Part shown: in pieces, positions 47,176 through 56,356 of the stretch | How the letters are laid out: the number at the start of each line of letters is the position of its first letter | Position numbering within the stretch: the first letter of the stretch is position 1 | Assembly: GCA_963701285.1 (NCBI GenBank) | Contig: OY969584.1 | Location: 697,498 to 761,497 of the forward strand | DNA length: 64,000 nt | Reading direction: 5' to 3' | Source of the DNA: an uncultured Chloroflexia bacterium | Lineage (GTDB): Bacteria > Chloroflexota > Dehalococcoidia > SM23-28-2 | The notes under the pieces: model-generated | Told to the model about the DNA's origin: nothing | What the model saw: only the letters and a program-made list of their open reading frames with translations | The model's database searches: none | Translations under genes and position numbers: made by a program

Positions 47176-48627
47176 ATGAAGAAATGGACGCGCATCGGCG
47201 GGTTGACCGTAGTTGTGGCGGCGCTTGCCGTGGGAATCGCGTTGGCTCTTGGCTTCCGGGGCGACTGGGCCGGCGCCCAAGGAACCGAGTTCATCGTCAA
47301 CCAGGATGACGGCGCCGGCGATCCGGCCCCCTGCAACGAGCCGGACTTCCCCAACGTCACCGACATCCAGACCGTCGTCGATGCCGTCAGCGTCCACGAT
47401 GACGACACGCTGATCCTCTGCCCAGGCACCTTCCCCGCCGGTGCAGGCGGCGCCGTGGAGGTGGACAAGGAGCTGACCATCGAGGGCCTGGCCAGCGCGG
47501 ACCGGGATGACGTCGTCGTGCAGGGAACGGCCGGCAGCCACGGGTTCTCCATCAAGGCCGACAACGTGACGATAAAGCACCTAAAGCTTGTTGGCGGCGG
47601 GACCGGCGGAACCGACCACGGCATCGACATCGCAGCGGCCGGGCCGACCACCTACGATAACGCCGAGCTCAGCGACCTGGACATCACCACCTGGAACCAA
47701 GGCATCTCGATCATGTCATCGACCGACACCACGGTCGGCCCGAACAACGACATCCATGCCAACCACGGTGGCGTGTTCATCGTCGGGAGCGTTCTGGGCG
47801 GCGCGGGCGACAGGGTGCTCAGCAACGTGATTGGGCCCAACTCGGGCCTGGGGATGACGCTGGCGCAGGTGGATGAGGCCTACGTCCAGGGTAACACCAT
47901 GAGCGGCAACGTCGCCGTACAGATGGTCGTCTCAGGCAGGTCGAACGCTTTCATCTGGAACAACAACATCGCAGTCACCGCTACCGACTCCGGCATTCAC
48001 ATCGACTCGGACACCGCCGACACCCTGGTGCAGATCGGCGGCTCGGCCGACCACACCAACAACTTCACTGGGAGCACCGCGCCGGGTATCTCCTACTACG
48101 TGATCCTGGAGTGCAATTCCGAGAACACGGTGGACGCTACCTTCAACTACTGGAACGGCATCAACTCCAATGCCGGCATCTCTGCCGTCGTCTTCAACGA
48201 CGAGTTCGACGACCCTGCCAGCGGCACCGCCGATTGCCCGAACCCGGGCGGCAGCACGAGCTCAGTGGTAGTCCACCCCTTCGTGACTACCCTCTCGACG
48301 CCGTCGCCCACGCCTACGCCCAGCGCCACCGCCACGGCCACCCCCACAGCCACGCCGAGCGCCACCCGTACAGTCGACCTGAACCCAGCGGGCTGGCACA
48401 GCTTCGTCTGGTCAGGCCCCAGCGCCACCGACCCGACTACGGCCTTGTCCTGCATCTCGGGCAAGTTCGCCATCGCCTACGAGATTGACCCCGCATCGGG
48501 TGGGTTCCTTCGGTTCGTCCCCGGAAACTCAGCGCTCTCCAACATCACGGTCGTCAATAAGTATGACTCGCTGCTAGTGTCGATCAACGCCGACGGCGTT
48601 ACCTGCGAGATGCCTGTCGCCCCGTAG
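47176..48627 (+). CDS. Secreted right-handed parallel beta-helix repeat protein with PT-rich linker and C-terminal beta-domain
   Basis: Signal peptide, repeated G-rich beta-helix turns (NNDIHANHGGVFI, GNTMSGNVAVQMV, ...), a PTPTPSATATATPTATPSA linker, and a roughly 90-aa C-terminal domain. Lower GC than flanking DNA. Confidence 0.55.
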   Translation: MKKWTRIGGLTVVVAALAVGIALALGFRGDWAGAQGTEFIVNQDDGAGDPAPCNEPDFPNVTDIQTVVDAVSVHDDDTLILCPGTFPAGAGGAVEVDKELTIEGLASADRDDVVVQGTAGSHGFSIKADNVTIKHLKLVGGGTGGTDHGIDIAAAGPTTYDNAELSDLDITTWNQGISIMSSTDTTVGPNNDIHANHGGVFIVGSVLGGAGDRVLSNVIGPNSGLGMTLAQVDEAYVQGNTMSGNVAVQMVVSGRSNAFIWNNNIAVTATDSGIHIDSDTADTLVQIGGSADHTNNFTGSTAPGISYYVILECNSENTVDATFNYWNGINSNAGISAVVFNDEFDDPASGTADCPNPGGSTSSVVVHPFVTTLSTPSPTPTPSATATATPTATPSATRTVDLNPAGWHSFVWSGPSATDPTTALSCISGKFAIAYEIDPASGGFLRFVPGNSALSNITVVNKYDSLLVSINADGVTCEMPVAP

Positions 48628-48647
48628 AACAGGCGGGTCTAGGAATT

Positions 48648-48680
48648 AAGGGGAGGGCGAGTCTTTCGCCCTCCCCTTCT
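48648..48680 (+). terminator. Intrinsic terminator after the beta-helix gene
   Basis: Perfect 13-bp stem AAGGGGAGGGCGA-gtcttt-TCGCCCTCCCCTT followed by CTATATATT. Confidence 0.6.
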
Positions 48681-48685
48681 ATATA

Positions 48686-48714
48686 TTGCATCGCTGGGTG
48701 CGCTATGCTATCAT
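48686..48714 (+). promoter_or_regulatory. Candidate promoter TTGCAT-17-TATCAT for the speH cluster
   Basis: Lies immediately after the terminator, about 50 nt upstream of the speH ATG. Confidence 0.35.
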
Positions 48715-48763
48715 GCGCGCTTGGCCGCGCGATAAAACTCAGCGGCAGGAAAGGGGGGGTCGA

Positions 48764-49153
48764 ATGCACCTGACCATCGATGGCTACGGGGGAGACCCCG
48801 GGAGGCTGGCCGACGAAAATCTGGTGCGCGCGCTCTTGGACGAATGCCCCACCGAGATCGGGATGACCAAGATCGCGCTGCCGTACGTCTGCCGCTACTA
48901 CGCCTCGCAGCCCGCTGACTGGGGCATCTCCGGCTTCGTGCTTATCGCCGAAAGCCACCTCAGCATCCACACATTCCCCGCCCGGGGCCTGGTGTGGGCC
49001 GACATCTTCTCCTGCAAAGGCTTCGACGCCAAACGCCTGGTGGAACGCATGAAAGGCGCCTTCGCACTCAGCGATACGCGTCTCCACCTGCTGGAACGAG
49101 GCCTGGAGTATGCTGAGGAAGTAGCCCCCTTAACCATCGCCCCAGACTCGTAG
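48764..49153 (+). CDS. speH: S-adenosylmethionine decarboxylase proenzyme (small archaeal/bacterial class 1 type)
   Basis: 129 aa with the self-processing and pyruvoyl-site signature ...VLIAESHLSIHTFP... RBS GAAAGGGGGGG. Confidence 0.75.
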   Translation: MHLTIDGYGGDPGRLADENLVRALLDECPTEIGMTKIALPYVCRYYASQPADWGISGFVLIAESHLSIHTFPARGLVWADIFSCKGFDAKRLVERMKGAFALSDTRLHLLERGLEYAEEVAPLTIAPDS

Positions 49154-49164
49154 AAAGAGCTCCC

Positions 49165-50184
49165 ATGGACGACCCCTTTCCTACCTCGGTGGATCCTTTT
49201 GCCGTGAGCGAGCGGGCCAGCGCCGCCGAACTGGTGCAGCGCATGGCCGGCACCGCCTTCCAGGCGCGCAACCTGGGCCAGGCAGCCCGCATCTGGGACG
49301 CCATGCTCCGGGAGGACGTAACGATCTTCCTGGGTCTGGCCGGCGCTATGGTGCCGGGCGGCATGCGGCCCGTTGTCACCTACCTCATCGAGAACCGGCT
49401 CATCGACTGCCTGGTGAGCACCGGCGCCAACCTGTTCCACGACCTGTACGAATGCCTCGGCCACCGCCACTGGCAGGGTCGCCCCGGCGGCGACGATGTT
49501 CATCTCGCGCGCCGCCGCGTCTATCGCTTCTACGACGTGCTGGCGGTGGAGCACGACTTCTCTCTTGGGGAGCGCTTCGTCACCGACTTCTGTCTGACCC
49601 TGGACCCCGCGCGACTGTACACCACACGCGAGTTCTTCGAGCTTGTGGGGCGAGCCCTGATCCCGGTAGCCAAACAGGAGGGGATCCTGACGGCGGCGGC
49701 CCGCCACGGCGTGCCTATTTACTGCCCGGCCGTCGGCGATAGCGTTTTCGGGCTCTGCCTGGCCGAGACGCGCCACCGCAGCGGCCAGATGGTGGCCTTC
49801 GACGTCATCCGCGACGTGTTGGAGACGGCCTCGATTGCCACCCAGGCCAGGGCCACGGGCGTGGTCTACGTCGGCGGGGGCACGCCGAAGAACTTCGTAC
49901 AGCAGGCGGCGGTGGCCTGCTACATCTTCGGGCGGGAGCGCCCCGGCCACAGCTATGGGATACAGATCACCACTGACCAGCCCGATTGGGGAGGCCTGTC
50001 CGGCTGCACCTTTGAGGAAGCCCAGTCCTGGCGCAAGATCGCGCCGGAGGCCAGCTTCGTGACGGTGCGCTCCGAGGCCACCATCGCCCTGCCCCTCATC
50101 GTGAGCGCTCTGGCCGAGGGCAGCGCCGAGGCGATTCGCCAGCGGCAGCCGGCCGCCATCTCCTTCGAGATCACGCGGCCTTGA
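49165..50184 (+). CDS. Deoxyhypusine synthase-like protein (DHS/homospermidine synthase family)
   Basis: 339 aa, collinear with DHS: ...IFLGLAGAMVPGG..., NAD site VYVGGGTPKNFVQQ, and the catalytic-lysine context EAQSWRKI (compare eukaryotic EAVSWGKI). Confidence 0.65.
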   Translation: MDDPFPTSVDPFAVSERASAAELVQRMAGTAFQARNLGQAARIWDAMLREDVTIFLGLAGAMVPGGMRPVVTYLIENRLIDCLVSTGANLFHDLYECLGHRHWQGRPGGDDVHLARRRVYRFYDVLAVEHDFSLGERFVTDFCLTLDPARLYTTREFFELVGRALIPVAKQEGILTAAARHGVPIYCPAVGDSVFGLCLAETRHRSGQMVAFDVIRDVLETASIATQARATGVVYVGGGTPKNFVQQAAVACYIFGRERPGHSYGIQITTDQPDWGGLSGCTFEEAQSWRKIAPEASFVTVRSEATIALPLIVSALAEGSAEAIRQRQPAAISFEITRP

Positions 50185-50282
50185 GGCAGTGGTGACGCAG
50201 CGCGGTGTCCTCCACCCGAGGGGCGCCTCTCGCAGACGCTCCCGGGGGGTGGGGCAAGCGCCGCCCCTACATCGAGGGCCCG

Positions 50283-51164
50283 ATGTCTGACGAGCGCTTC
50301 TCCCCCCGCACCTTCGCTGCCATCCCCGAGGCGTACGCAGGCTTCGAAGCGGCGCGGGTGGCCATCCTGCCCGTGCCCTACGACGCCACCAGCAGCGGCC
50401 TGGCTGGCTCCCGCGAGGGGCCGCGGGCCATCGTCGACGCCTCGGAGCAGATGGAGCTGTACGACCTGGAGTTGGGGCAGGAGCCCTATCGCGCCGGCAT
50501 CCGCACCCTGCCGGAGGTGGCGCCGATCGTCGGCGACCCGGCGGCGATGATGGAGCGCATCGAGGCGCTGGTGGGCGAGCTGCTGGACGCCGGCAAGTTC
50601 GTGGTGACCCTGGGCGGCGAGCACACGGTGGCGGTGGGGGCGGTGCGGGCCTATCGCCGCCGCTTCCCGAACCTGTCGGTGCTGGCGCTGGACGCCCACG
50701 CCGACCTGCGGCCCGAGTACCTGGGCACCCCCTACAGCCACGCCTGCACCCTCCGCCGCATCCTCGAGACGTGTCCGGTGGTACAGGTGGGCCTGCGCAG
50801 CGCCGAGCGCGAGGAGCACGAGCTCATCCGCCAACGCGACCTGCCGTTCTTCGCGGTCGGCGCCTATCGGGCGCTGGGCGACGGGCCGGGCGAGGTGGCC
50901 GCCCGGCTGTCGGCGGACGTGTACGTGACCATCGACCTCGATGCCCTGGACCCGGCGGAGATGGCGGCGGTGGGCACGCCCGAGCCGGGCGGCCTGCACT
51001 GGGACGAGGTGACCGCGCTCCTGGCCCGCGTGGCGCGCCAGCGGCGGATCGTGGGCTTCGACGTGGCCGAGCTGGCGCCGCGGCTGGGCACCTTCGCCAA
51101 CGCCCAACTCGCCGCCAAGCTCGTCTATCGCCTCATCGGTCTGGCGCTGCCCGCAGAGCCCTGA
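50283..51164 (+). CDS. speB: Agmatinase (arginase/ureohydrolase family)
   Basis: Mn-binding motifs GGEHTV, DAHADL, DLDALDP. The start may instead be the GTG at 50205. Confidence 0.75.
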   Translation: MSDERFSPRTFAAIPEAYAGFEAARVAILPVPYDATSSGLAGSREGPRAIVDASEQMELYDLELGQEPYRAGIRTLPEVAPIVGDPAAMMERIEALVGELLDAGKFVVTLGGEHTVAVGAVRAYRRRFPNLSVLALDAHADLRPEYLGTPYSHACTLRRILETCPVVQVGLRSAEREEHELIRQRDLPFFAVGAYRALGDGPGEVAARLSADVYVTIDLDALDPAEMAAVGTPEPGGLHWDEVTALLARVARQRRIVGFDVAELAPRLGTFANAQLAAKLVYRLIGLALPAEP

Positions 51165-51600
51165 GCTGCTCCAGGTGGGCGCGGACGTGCGCGCCCTGCG
51201 CCTCCGCGTACTGAGCCACGGTTATCGGGCCCCGCTCCTCGTGGCGGCCGGCGCGCTGCCACTGCTCCTCGCTCAAGCCCTCGAGCACATAGGCCTCGCC
51301 GCCGGAGAAGGCCCTTAGCGCCGTCAGGATCAGCGGCATGCTCTCGTTCTGATAGTCGCGCTCGCGGGCCAGCGCCTCCTGGTCGTACGGGGGAAGGAGT
51401 GGGTCTTCCTCCTCGAGCATCCGCCGGATGCGCCCCCCGTCGATCTCCGAGGAGTCGCGCAGGTGGGCGCAGACCTGTTTGATCGACCAGTCGCCCGGCG
51501 CCGGGCGGCGGCGCAGGGCTTCTTCGTCCAGGTCGCGCACCAGCGCCTCCACCTGGCCGGGCAGGGCCCGCAGGGTGTCTACGATCTCCTGGTGGGTCAT
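51133..51600 (-). CDS. DinB/YfiT-like (DinB_2) metal-dependent protein
   Basis: 155 aa with spaced His residues (H..., H..., H...) typical of the DinB four-helix bundle. Confidence 0.45.
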   Translation of the reverse strand: MTHQEIVDTLRALPGQVEALVRDLDEEALRRRPAPGDWSIKQVCAHLRDSSEIDGGRIRRMLEEEDPLLPPYDQEALARERDYQNESMPLILTALRAFSGGEAYVLEGLSEEQWQRAGRHEERGPITVAQYAEAQGAHVRAHLEQLRALRAAPDR

Positions 51601-52463
51601 CGCCGATCCTTTCCGGTGATCTCGCTTTGGCGCAGACGCTCCTCCACCTGCTGGCGGTTGGCGATGCCGGCTGCGCCGACCGCCTCCACCGCGAGGGCAG
51701 CCGCGGCCGCGGCAAAGAGCGCGGCCTGGGCCACGTCGTCCGTCTCCAGGTAGCGGGCGAGGAAGGCGGCAGCGAAGACATCGCCGGCTCCGGTGGGGTC
51801 AACCTCGCGAGCGGGGAAGCCCGCCACCTCTTGCCAGCGGCCGTTCCGGGCCAGGCGGGCGCCGCGGCAGCCGCGCGTGAAGACGAGGAGCGGTACCTGA
51901 CCTGCCCAGCGGGTCAGCGCCTCCTCCGCCTCGGCCGGCGGCAGGTCTTCTTCGGAGACGAAGAGAGCCTGACTGTGGCGTAGGAGAAGATTCGACCGCC
52001 AGGACCGGGGCGACAGCTGGCCGACGCGGCCGTCGGCGGCGAAGGTGCGGAGCCAGCCCTGGAGCGAAAGGGCCACCAGCGCGTCGGGGAAGCAGCGGGC
52101 GACCTCTCCCTCCACCTCGCCCGCCACCGGCCCCAGCAGGACGATTCGCGCCCCCCTCAGCTCCGCCGGCACATCGGCGGCGGTGATGGGTTCCGCCCGG
52201 GCCCAGAGGTGCTGGCTGCGCTGCCCGCCGCTGTACGCGTTCTCGAAGACGGTCGTCCGGGGCGAATCCAGGCGGTGCACTTCGATTTCGGGCGGCAGGC
52301 TCGATAGGTCTAGGTCGGCGGCGGCCCGGGTGAGGATGGCCGTGCGCAGGCCGAGGTGGTGGGCGGTGAGGGAGGCGTAGGTGGCGGTGCCACCCAGCCG
52401 ATGGCCCCCGGCCACCTTGTCCGCCACCAGGTGGCCGACCACCAGGAAGTCGGGAGGGGCCAT
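51597..52463 (-). CDS. PfkB-family carbohydrate/nucleoside kinase
   Basis: 288 aa. N-terminal LVVGHLVADK and C-terminal DPTGAGDVFAAAF (anion-hole GAGD). Confidence 0.65.
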   Translation of the reverse strand: MAPPDFLVVGHLVADKVAGGHRLGGTATYASLTAHHLGLRTAILTRAAADLDLSSLPPEIEVHRLDSPRTTVFENAYSGGQRSQHLWARAEPITAADVPAELRGARIVLLGPVAGEVEGEVARCFPDALVALSLQGWLRTFAADGRVGQLSPRSWRSNLLLRHSQALFVSEEDLPPAEAEEALTRWAGQVPLLVFTRGCRGARLARNGRWQEVAGFPAREVDPTGAGDVFAAAFLARYLETDDVAQAALFAAAAAALAVEAVGAAGIANRQQVEERLRQSEITGKDRR

Positions 52464-52478
52464 CGCGTCGCGGCGTCC

Positions 52479-53150
52479 CTAGGCCGAGCGGCGCTTCACG
52501 GAGATGGCTACCTTGCGGGTCTCGCCCTCGCCCAGGCTGGCGGTGACCACCTGCGGGTCGTTGGCCAGGGCCAGGTGGACGATGCGTCGCTCGTTGGCGG
52601 GCATCGGCTCCAGGGTGATGGTGCGGCCGCTCGCCTTGACCTTCTCGGCCAGGCGCTGAGCCAGGCCAATGAGCGCCTCCTCGCGCCGGCGCTTGTAGCG
52701 TTCCACGTCCACGCTGACCAGCGCCTTCGATTTGAGCTGGCGGCTCACCATGTGGTTCACCATGTACTGGAGGGCAGCCAGGGTGGAGCCACGCCGCCCG
52801 ATGAGGATGCCGAGGTCCTCGCCGCTCACGTCCAGAACGGCGCTGGAGCGGCCCAGGCCATCGCCCGGTGTCTCGGGGGCGCGAGCCGTCACGTCGGCGT
52901 CGATCCCCGTCAGCTCCAGGAGGTGGCACAGGAAATCCAACGCCATCTGGATGGTGGGGCTCTGCACGGCCACCTGCTCGGGCAGGGGCTTGACCACCAC
53001 GCGGGCACTCTCGCCGCCTAGGCCGAAGAGGCCGACACGACCCTCGCTGATGACCTCCACCTCGACCTGGGAGCGGTCCAGTCCTAGCTGATCGAGCGCC
53101 TTGGCAATGGCCTCACCGACGGTTTTTCCGCTTGCCTCTACGTCTTCCAT
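52479..53150 (-). CDS. khpB: Jag/KhpB RNA-binding protein (Jag_N, KH, R3H)
   Basis: 223 aa; C-terminal R3H ...RRIVHLALANDPQV... Lies downstream of yidC. Confidence 0.75.
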   Translation of the reverse strand: MEDVEASGKTVGEAIAKALDQLGLDRSQVEVEVISEGRVGLFGLGGESARVVVKPLPEQVAVQSPTIQMALDFLCHLLELTGIDADVTARAPETPGDGLGRSSAVLDVSGEDLGILIGRRGSTLAALQYMVNHMVSRQLKSKALVSVDVERYKRRREEALIGLAQRLAEKVKASGRTITLEPMPANERRIVHLALANDPQVVTASLGEGETRKVAISVKRRSA

Positions 53151-53985
53151 CGCTCAACCTCTTGCCTGTCTTGGCGGGAGCCGGCGCGGCCGGCTCCTCC
53201 TCCTGCTCCGGCTCAGGGCGCTCGCGCCGGCGGGCGGCCGGGGCAGGCGCTGGGGCCGAAGCGAAGAAGGTCCGCCAGTTCACGTTGCTGGGTCCATAGA
53301 CAAAGTAGTACATGATGACCGAGGCGATGTTGCTCATCGCCCAGTAAACGGCCAGCCCGCTCGGCACGCCTAGAGTAATCCACGCGAACATCAGCGGCAT
53401 CATCCAGTTCATCATCTGGTTACGGGCTTGGGTCTGCGGGTCCGTAGAGGGGATGGTGCTCAGCTTCTGCTGAACGTACATCGACACGAAGACGAGGAGG
53501 GCCAGGATGAGCGTACGGTCGGGGGTGCCAAGATCCATCCAGAGGAAGCGGTTCTCCAGAGGCACCGCCGCCTGAATGTAGCCCCAGGGGTAGAGGCGCT
53601 GGGAAAGGCCGACAACGCTCTCCGGGGTGCCGCCCACGGTGATCCTCAGGGCTGAATAAAGGGCGATCCAGATGGGGAACTGCACCAGCATGGGCAGAAT
53701 ACAGCCCAAGGGGTTGACCCCCGCCTGGCGGTAGAGCTTCATCGTCTCTTCCTGGCGACGCTTGGGATCCTTGTACTTCTTCTGCATCTCCTGGATCTTG
53801 GGCTGGAGGACGCTCATGGCGCGGGTCGAGTGGATCTGGCGCATCATCAGGGGCATGGTGGCCAGCCGCATGAGCAGGGTGAAAACGATGATGGCCAGCC
53901 CGAAGTCGCTGAAGAGGACGTTGTTCAGGATTATCAGAGCGTTGATCAGAGGGTTGAGGAAGACGACGTCCCAGACGGCGCTCAC
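53113..53985 (-). CDS. yidC: Membrane protein insertase YidC/Oxa1 (short form)
   Basis: 5-TM core with ...QVKMQKLQPKIQEIQKKYKDDPQ-like loop (here IQEMQKKYKDPKRRQEE) and a basic C-terminal tail. Confidence 0.85.
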   Translation of the reverse strand: MSAVWDVVFLNPLINALIILNNVLFSDFGLAIIVFTLLMRLATMPLMMRQIHSTRAMSVLQPKIQEMQKKYKDPKRRQEETMKLYRQAGVNPLGCILPMLVQFPIWIALYSALRITVGGTPESVVGLSQRLYPWGYIQAAVPLENRFLWMDLGTPDRTLILALLVFVSMYVQQKLSTIPSTDPQTQARNQMMNWMMPLMFAWITLGVPSGLAVYWAMSNIASVIMYYFVYGPSNVNWRTFFASAPAPAPAARRRERPEPEQEEEPAAPAPAKTGKRLSDGRRRGKRKNRR

Positions 53986-55331
53986 GGCGCGCCCGCCTTC
54001 ACAAGGCCCGGCTGGGCCGCACTTGGGCTTGACGTCGCGCTCGACGTTGGGTTGGGCGTCGGGCTCCCCGTGGGGCCCGGCGTGGGGTTAGCCGTCGGGG
54101 CTGGCGTCGGGCTCACCTCGACCAGAGCCAGCGGGACGTAGCTACCGTCGCTGGCGGTGATCTTGTACAGGCCGCCCCCCTGGGCGCTAACGTAGACCAC
54201 GTCGCCGCTGGGCAAAGGGTCGGCGAGAACCGTCTTCCCTAGCTCGATGGGCAGTGCCCAGGCTAGCTGCCCGTTCTGCGGGTTGAGGCCGGCGATCCGG
54301 CCGCTGCGGCTGGCGACGATCAGGATGTCTCCCACCATGACCGGCGCCGCTCGCACCGGCGCCTGGAGGTCGTACGACCAGCGGCGCTGGCCGTCGGCCA
54401 GACCCAGGGCGTAGACGGTACCGTCCAGGGAGCCAGCGTAGACGGCGTCACCCACCACCAGAGGGCGTGTCCAGAACCAGTTGTTGGCCTTGAAGCTCCA
54501 TTTCTCCTGGCCGCTGGCGGCGTCCACGGCGCGCAGCCGGCGGTCCACGCCGCCGACCAGCAGGGTGCCATCGGCCAGGACGGGGCTGGAGGCGAGGCCG
54601 CCGCTGGCCGTGAAGGGCTTGGGCCACTGCAGTTGGCCATCGGCGGCGCCCAGGGCATAGAGCTTCTGGTCCATGGAGGCCAGGTAGACCACGCCGTTCG
54701 CCACCAGCGGCGTCGCCCAGATGTCGTCGCCGGTAGAGAAACGCCAGCGCTCCGCGCCAGTGGCGGGATCCAGGGCGTAGAGCTGCTTGTCGGTGGAGTC
54801 CACGTAGACCAGCCCTTGCGCCACCACAACGCCACCCACGACGTGGCCACCGAGGTTGACATCCCACCTGAGCTGGCCGCTGGCCAGGTCGAGGGCATAG
54901 AGCCAGCCATCATAGGCCCCAAAGTAGACGGTGCCGTCGGCGATGGCCGGGTCGCTGTAGATGCCCTGGAGGCTTATCTTTGTGCCGTCGCGGTGCTTTT
55001 GGCTGCCGGGGAACTGCCAGGCCACCTGCAGGGAGTTGACGTCCGCCGCGGCGAGCGTGCCCGATCCGCTGTGGATCACCAGCAGTCCGTCGCTGAGCGC
55101 AGGCCCGGCCCAGCCGGTGGGCTGGGCGACCCTAATGCAGGCGGTGGCCAGGAGCAAGCTCGCCGCCAGGGCCGCCAGGAGCAAGGGCGGAGCCCAGTGC
55201 CGGGGCCGATCGGTCGACCCGCCGGCTGCGACCTGTCGGCCCCACCAGGGCCTGCTGGTTCGAATTTCGATTCCTCCTGCGAGAGGCGTTCGCCGCAGAG
55301 CCCGCCGGTGCCGTCTCGATAGCTGTGCCAC
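53982..55331 (-). CDS. PQQ-repeat beta-propeller lipoprotein (BamB/YVTN-like) inserted between yidD and yidC
   Basis: Lipobox LLLATAC, eight or more ...LYALD/GTVYA... PQQ-type blades, C-terminal PT-rich tail. GTG start overlaps the yidD stop by 1 nt. Confidence 0.7.
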   Translation of the reverse strand: MAQLSRRHRRALRRTPLAGGIEIRTSRPWWGRQVAAGGSTDRPRHWAPPLLLAALAASLLLATACIRVAQPTGWAGPALSDGLLVIHSGSGTLAAADVNSLQVAWQFPGSQKHRDGTKISLQGIYSDPAIADGTVYFGAYDGWLYALDLASGQLRWDVNLGGHVVGGVVVAQGLVYVDSTDKQLYALDPATGAERWRFSTGDDIWATPLVANGVVYLASMDQKLYALGAADGQLQWPKPFTASGGLASSPVLADGTLLVGGVDRRLRAVDAASGQEKWSFKANNWFWTRPLVVGDAVYAGSLDGTVYALGLADGQRRWSYDLQAPVRAAPVMVGDILIVASRSGRIAGLNPQNGQLAWALPIELGKTVLADPLPSGDVVYVSAQGGGLYKITASDGSYVPLALVEVSPTPAPTANPTPGPTGSPTPNPTSSATSSPSAAQPGLVKAGAP

Positions 55332-55540
55332 TAGGGCACGGGATCGTATCCGCCGCGGGCAAAGGGATGGCAGCGCAGCAGGCGGCGCAGAGTGAGCCAG
55401 CCCCCCTTAATCACACCGTAGCGGTCGACGGCCTCGTAACCGTACCGGGAGCAGGTAGGAAGGTAACGACAGGAGGGAGCCCTCCCCGCCGAGACGCGGG
55501 CCTGATAGAAGCGAATGGCGCCCAGGGCTAGTCCCTTCAC
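55331..55540 (-). CDS. yidD: Membrane protein insertion efficiency factor YidD
   Basis: 69 aa, ...AIRFYQ...[19 protein letters not shown]...[15 protein letters not shown]. Confidence 0.85.
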   Translation of the reverse strand: MKGLALGAIRFYQARVSAGRAPSCRYLPTCSRYGYEAVDRYGVIKGGWLTLRRLLRCHPFARGGYDPVP

Positions 55541-55905
55541 TGTTCCTCCCCCGCCCGCTGCCGGACGGGCTCTAGCTTGTCGAGAAGTCGAGCGCGAGCA
55601 AGCAGATCGACTAGCGCCTCTCTCAATTGTTGATACGTCGCTGTGCTAGCGGGCGGCCGCCCCAAGAGCACCACATCCCAGCCCGGTTGCACCGCCAGGG
55701 GCCGCAGCCCCTCGCGGAGGCGCCGCTTCACCCGATTCCGTACCACTGCCTTGCCCAGCCGCCTGCTAACGACGAAACCGTAGCGGTTGTGGGGCAAACC
55801 GTTGGGCAGAGTGCGCAGAACAAGAAGCCGGTGCGTCCAGGCACGCCCCCTTCGATAGATGGCGACGAAATCTCGGCGAACTCGCAGCCGTTCCCTCTTG
55901 TCCAT
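55537..55905 (-). CDS. rnpA: RNase P protein component
   Basis: Start at [20 protein letters not shown]; RNR motif ([12 protein letters not shown]). The track ORF 5' extension is an artefact. Confidence 0.8.
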   Translation of the reverse strand: MDKRERLRVRRDFVAIYRRGRAWTHRLLVLRTLPNGLPHNRYGFVVSRRLGKAVVRNRVKRRLREGLRPLAVQPGWDVVLLGRPPASTATYQQLREALVDLLARARLLDKLEPVRQRAGEEQ

Positions 55906-55939
55906 GTCCCGGCGGCCCGCCCCCGGGCCAGCATCGAGG

Positions 55940-56077
55940 CTAGATACTGAGCCGCCAGCGCCCCTTGAGCCGCCGCCGCCGCAGGACGCTGTGGCCCCCA
56001 CGGCTGCTCATGCGAGCGCGGAAGCCGTGCTTCCGCTTGCGAGGGATCCTCTTCGGCTGATAGGTCCGCTTGGGCAC
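55940..56077 (-). CDS. rpmH: 50S ribosomal protein L34
   Basis: Hand-found 45-aa ORF below the track size cut-off: (GTG)[44 protein letters not shown]. Confidence 0.8.
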   Translation of the reverse strand: MPKRTYQPKRIPRKRKHGFRARMSSRGGHSVLRRRRLKGRWRLSI

Positions 56078-56130
56078 AACCCTCTCCGCTGCCTCAGCCC
56101 GCCCGCTTCCGGCGGGCGGAGTTGCGCCTC

Positions 56131-56160
56131 ATTATACGGCAGGCCTTTCAGCGGGGTCAA
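56131..56160 (-). promoter_or_regulatory. Promoter TTGACC-18-TATAAT for rpmH-rnpA-yidD..., with a 5'UTR hairpin CCGCCCGCcggaaGCGGGCGG
   Basis: Read on the minus strand. The perfect -10 lies about 55 nt upstream of the rpmH GTG. Confidence 0.45.
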
Positions 56161-56356
56161 TCAAACCTGGCGATGCACTTGACGCGGGGATGCGCGGAGA
56201 CACGCCGGTGATGGGCTAGGCTCGCCGGAGCGCGTCGCGGCGCGAGCCAGCCCCTCACGCGTCTCGCCAGGGGCCCCACACGGCCCACATGAGGCCCGCG
56301 CTCAGCACCAGCCACACCTCGATGGCCGCCGTGATGACGTCCACAGCGCGCCTCGC

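Noticed and set aside
55258-55280. tRNA-like T-arm string GGTTCGAATTTCGATTCC
   Set aside because: It lies inside the PQQ-propeller coding region, and no acceptor, D or anticodon arms can be drawn. No tRNA genes were recognised anywhere in the window.
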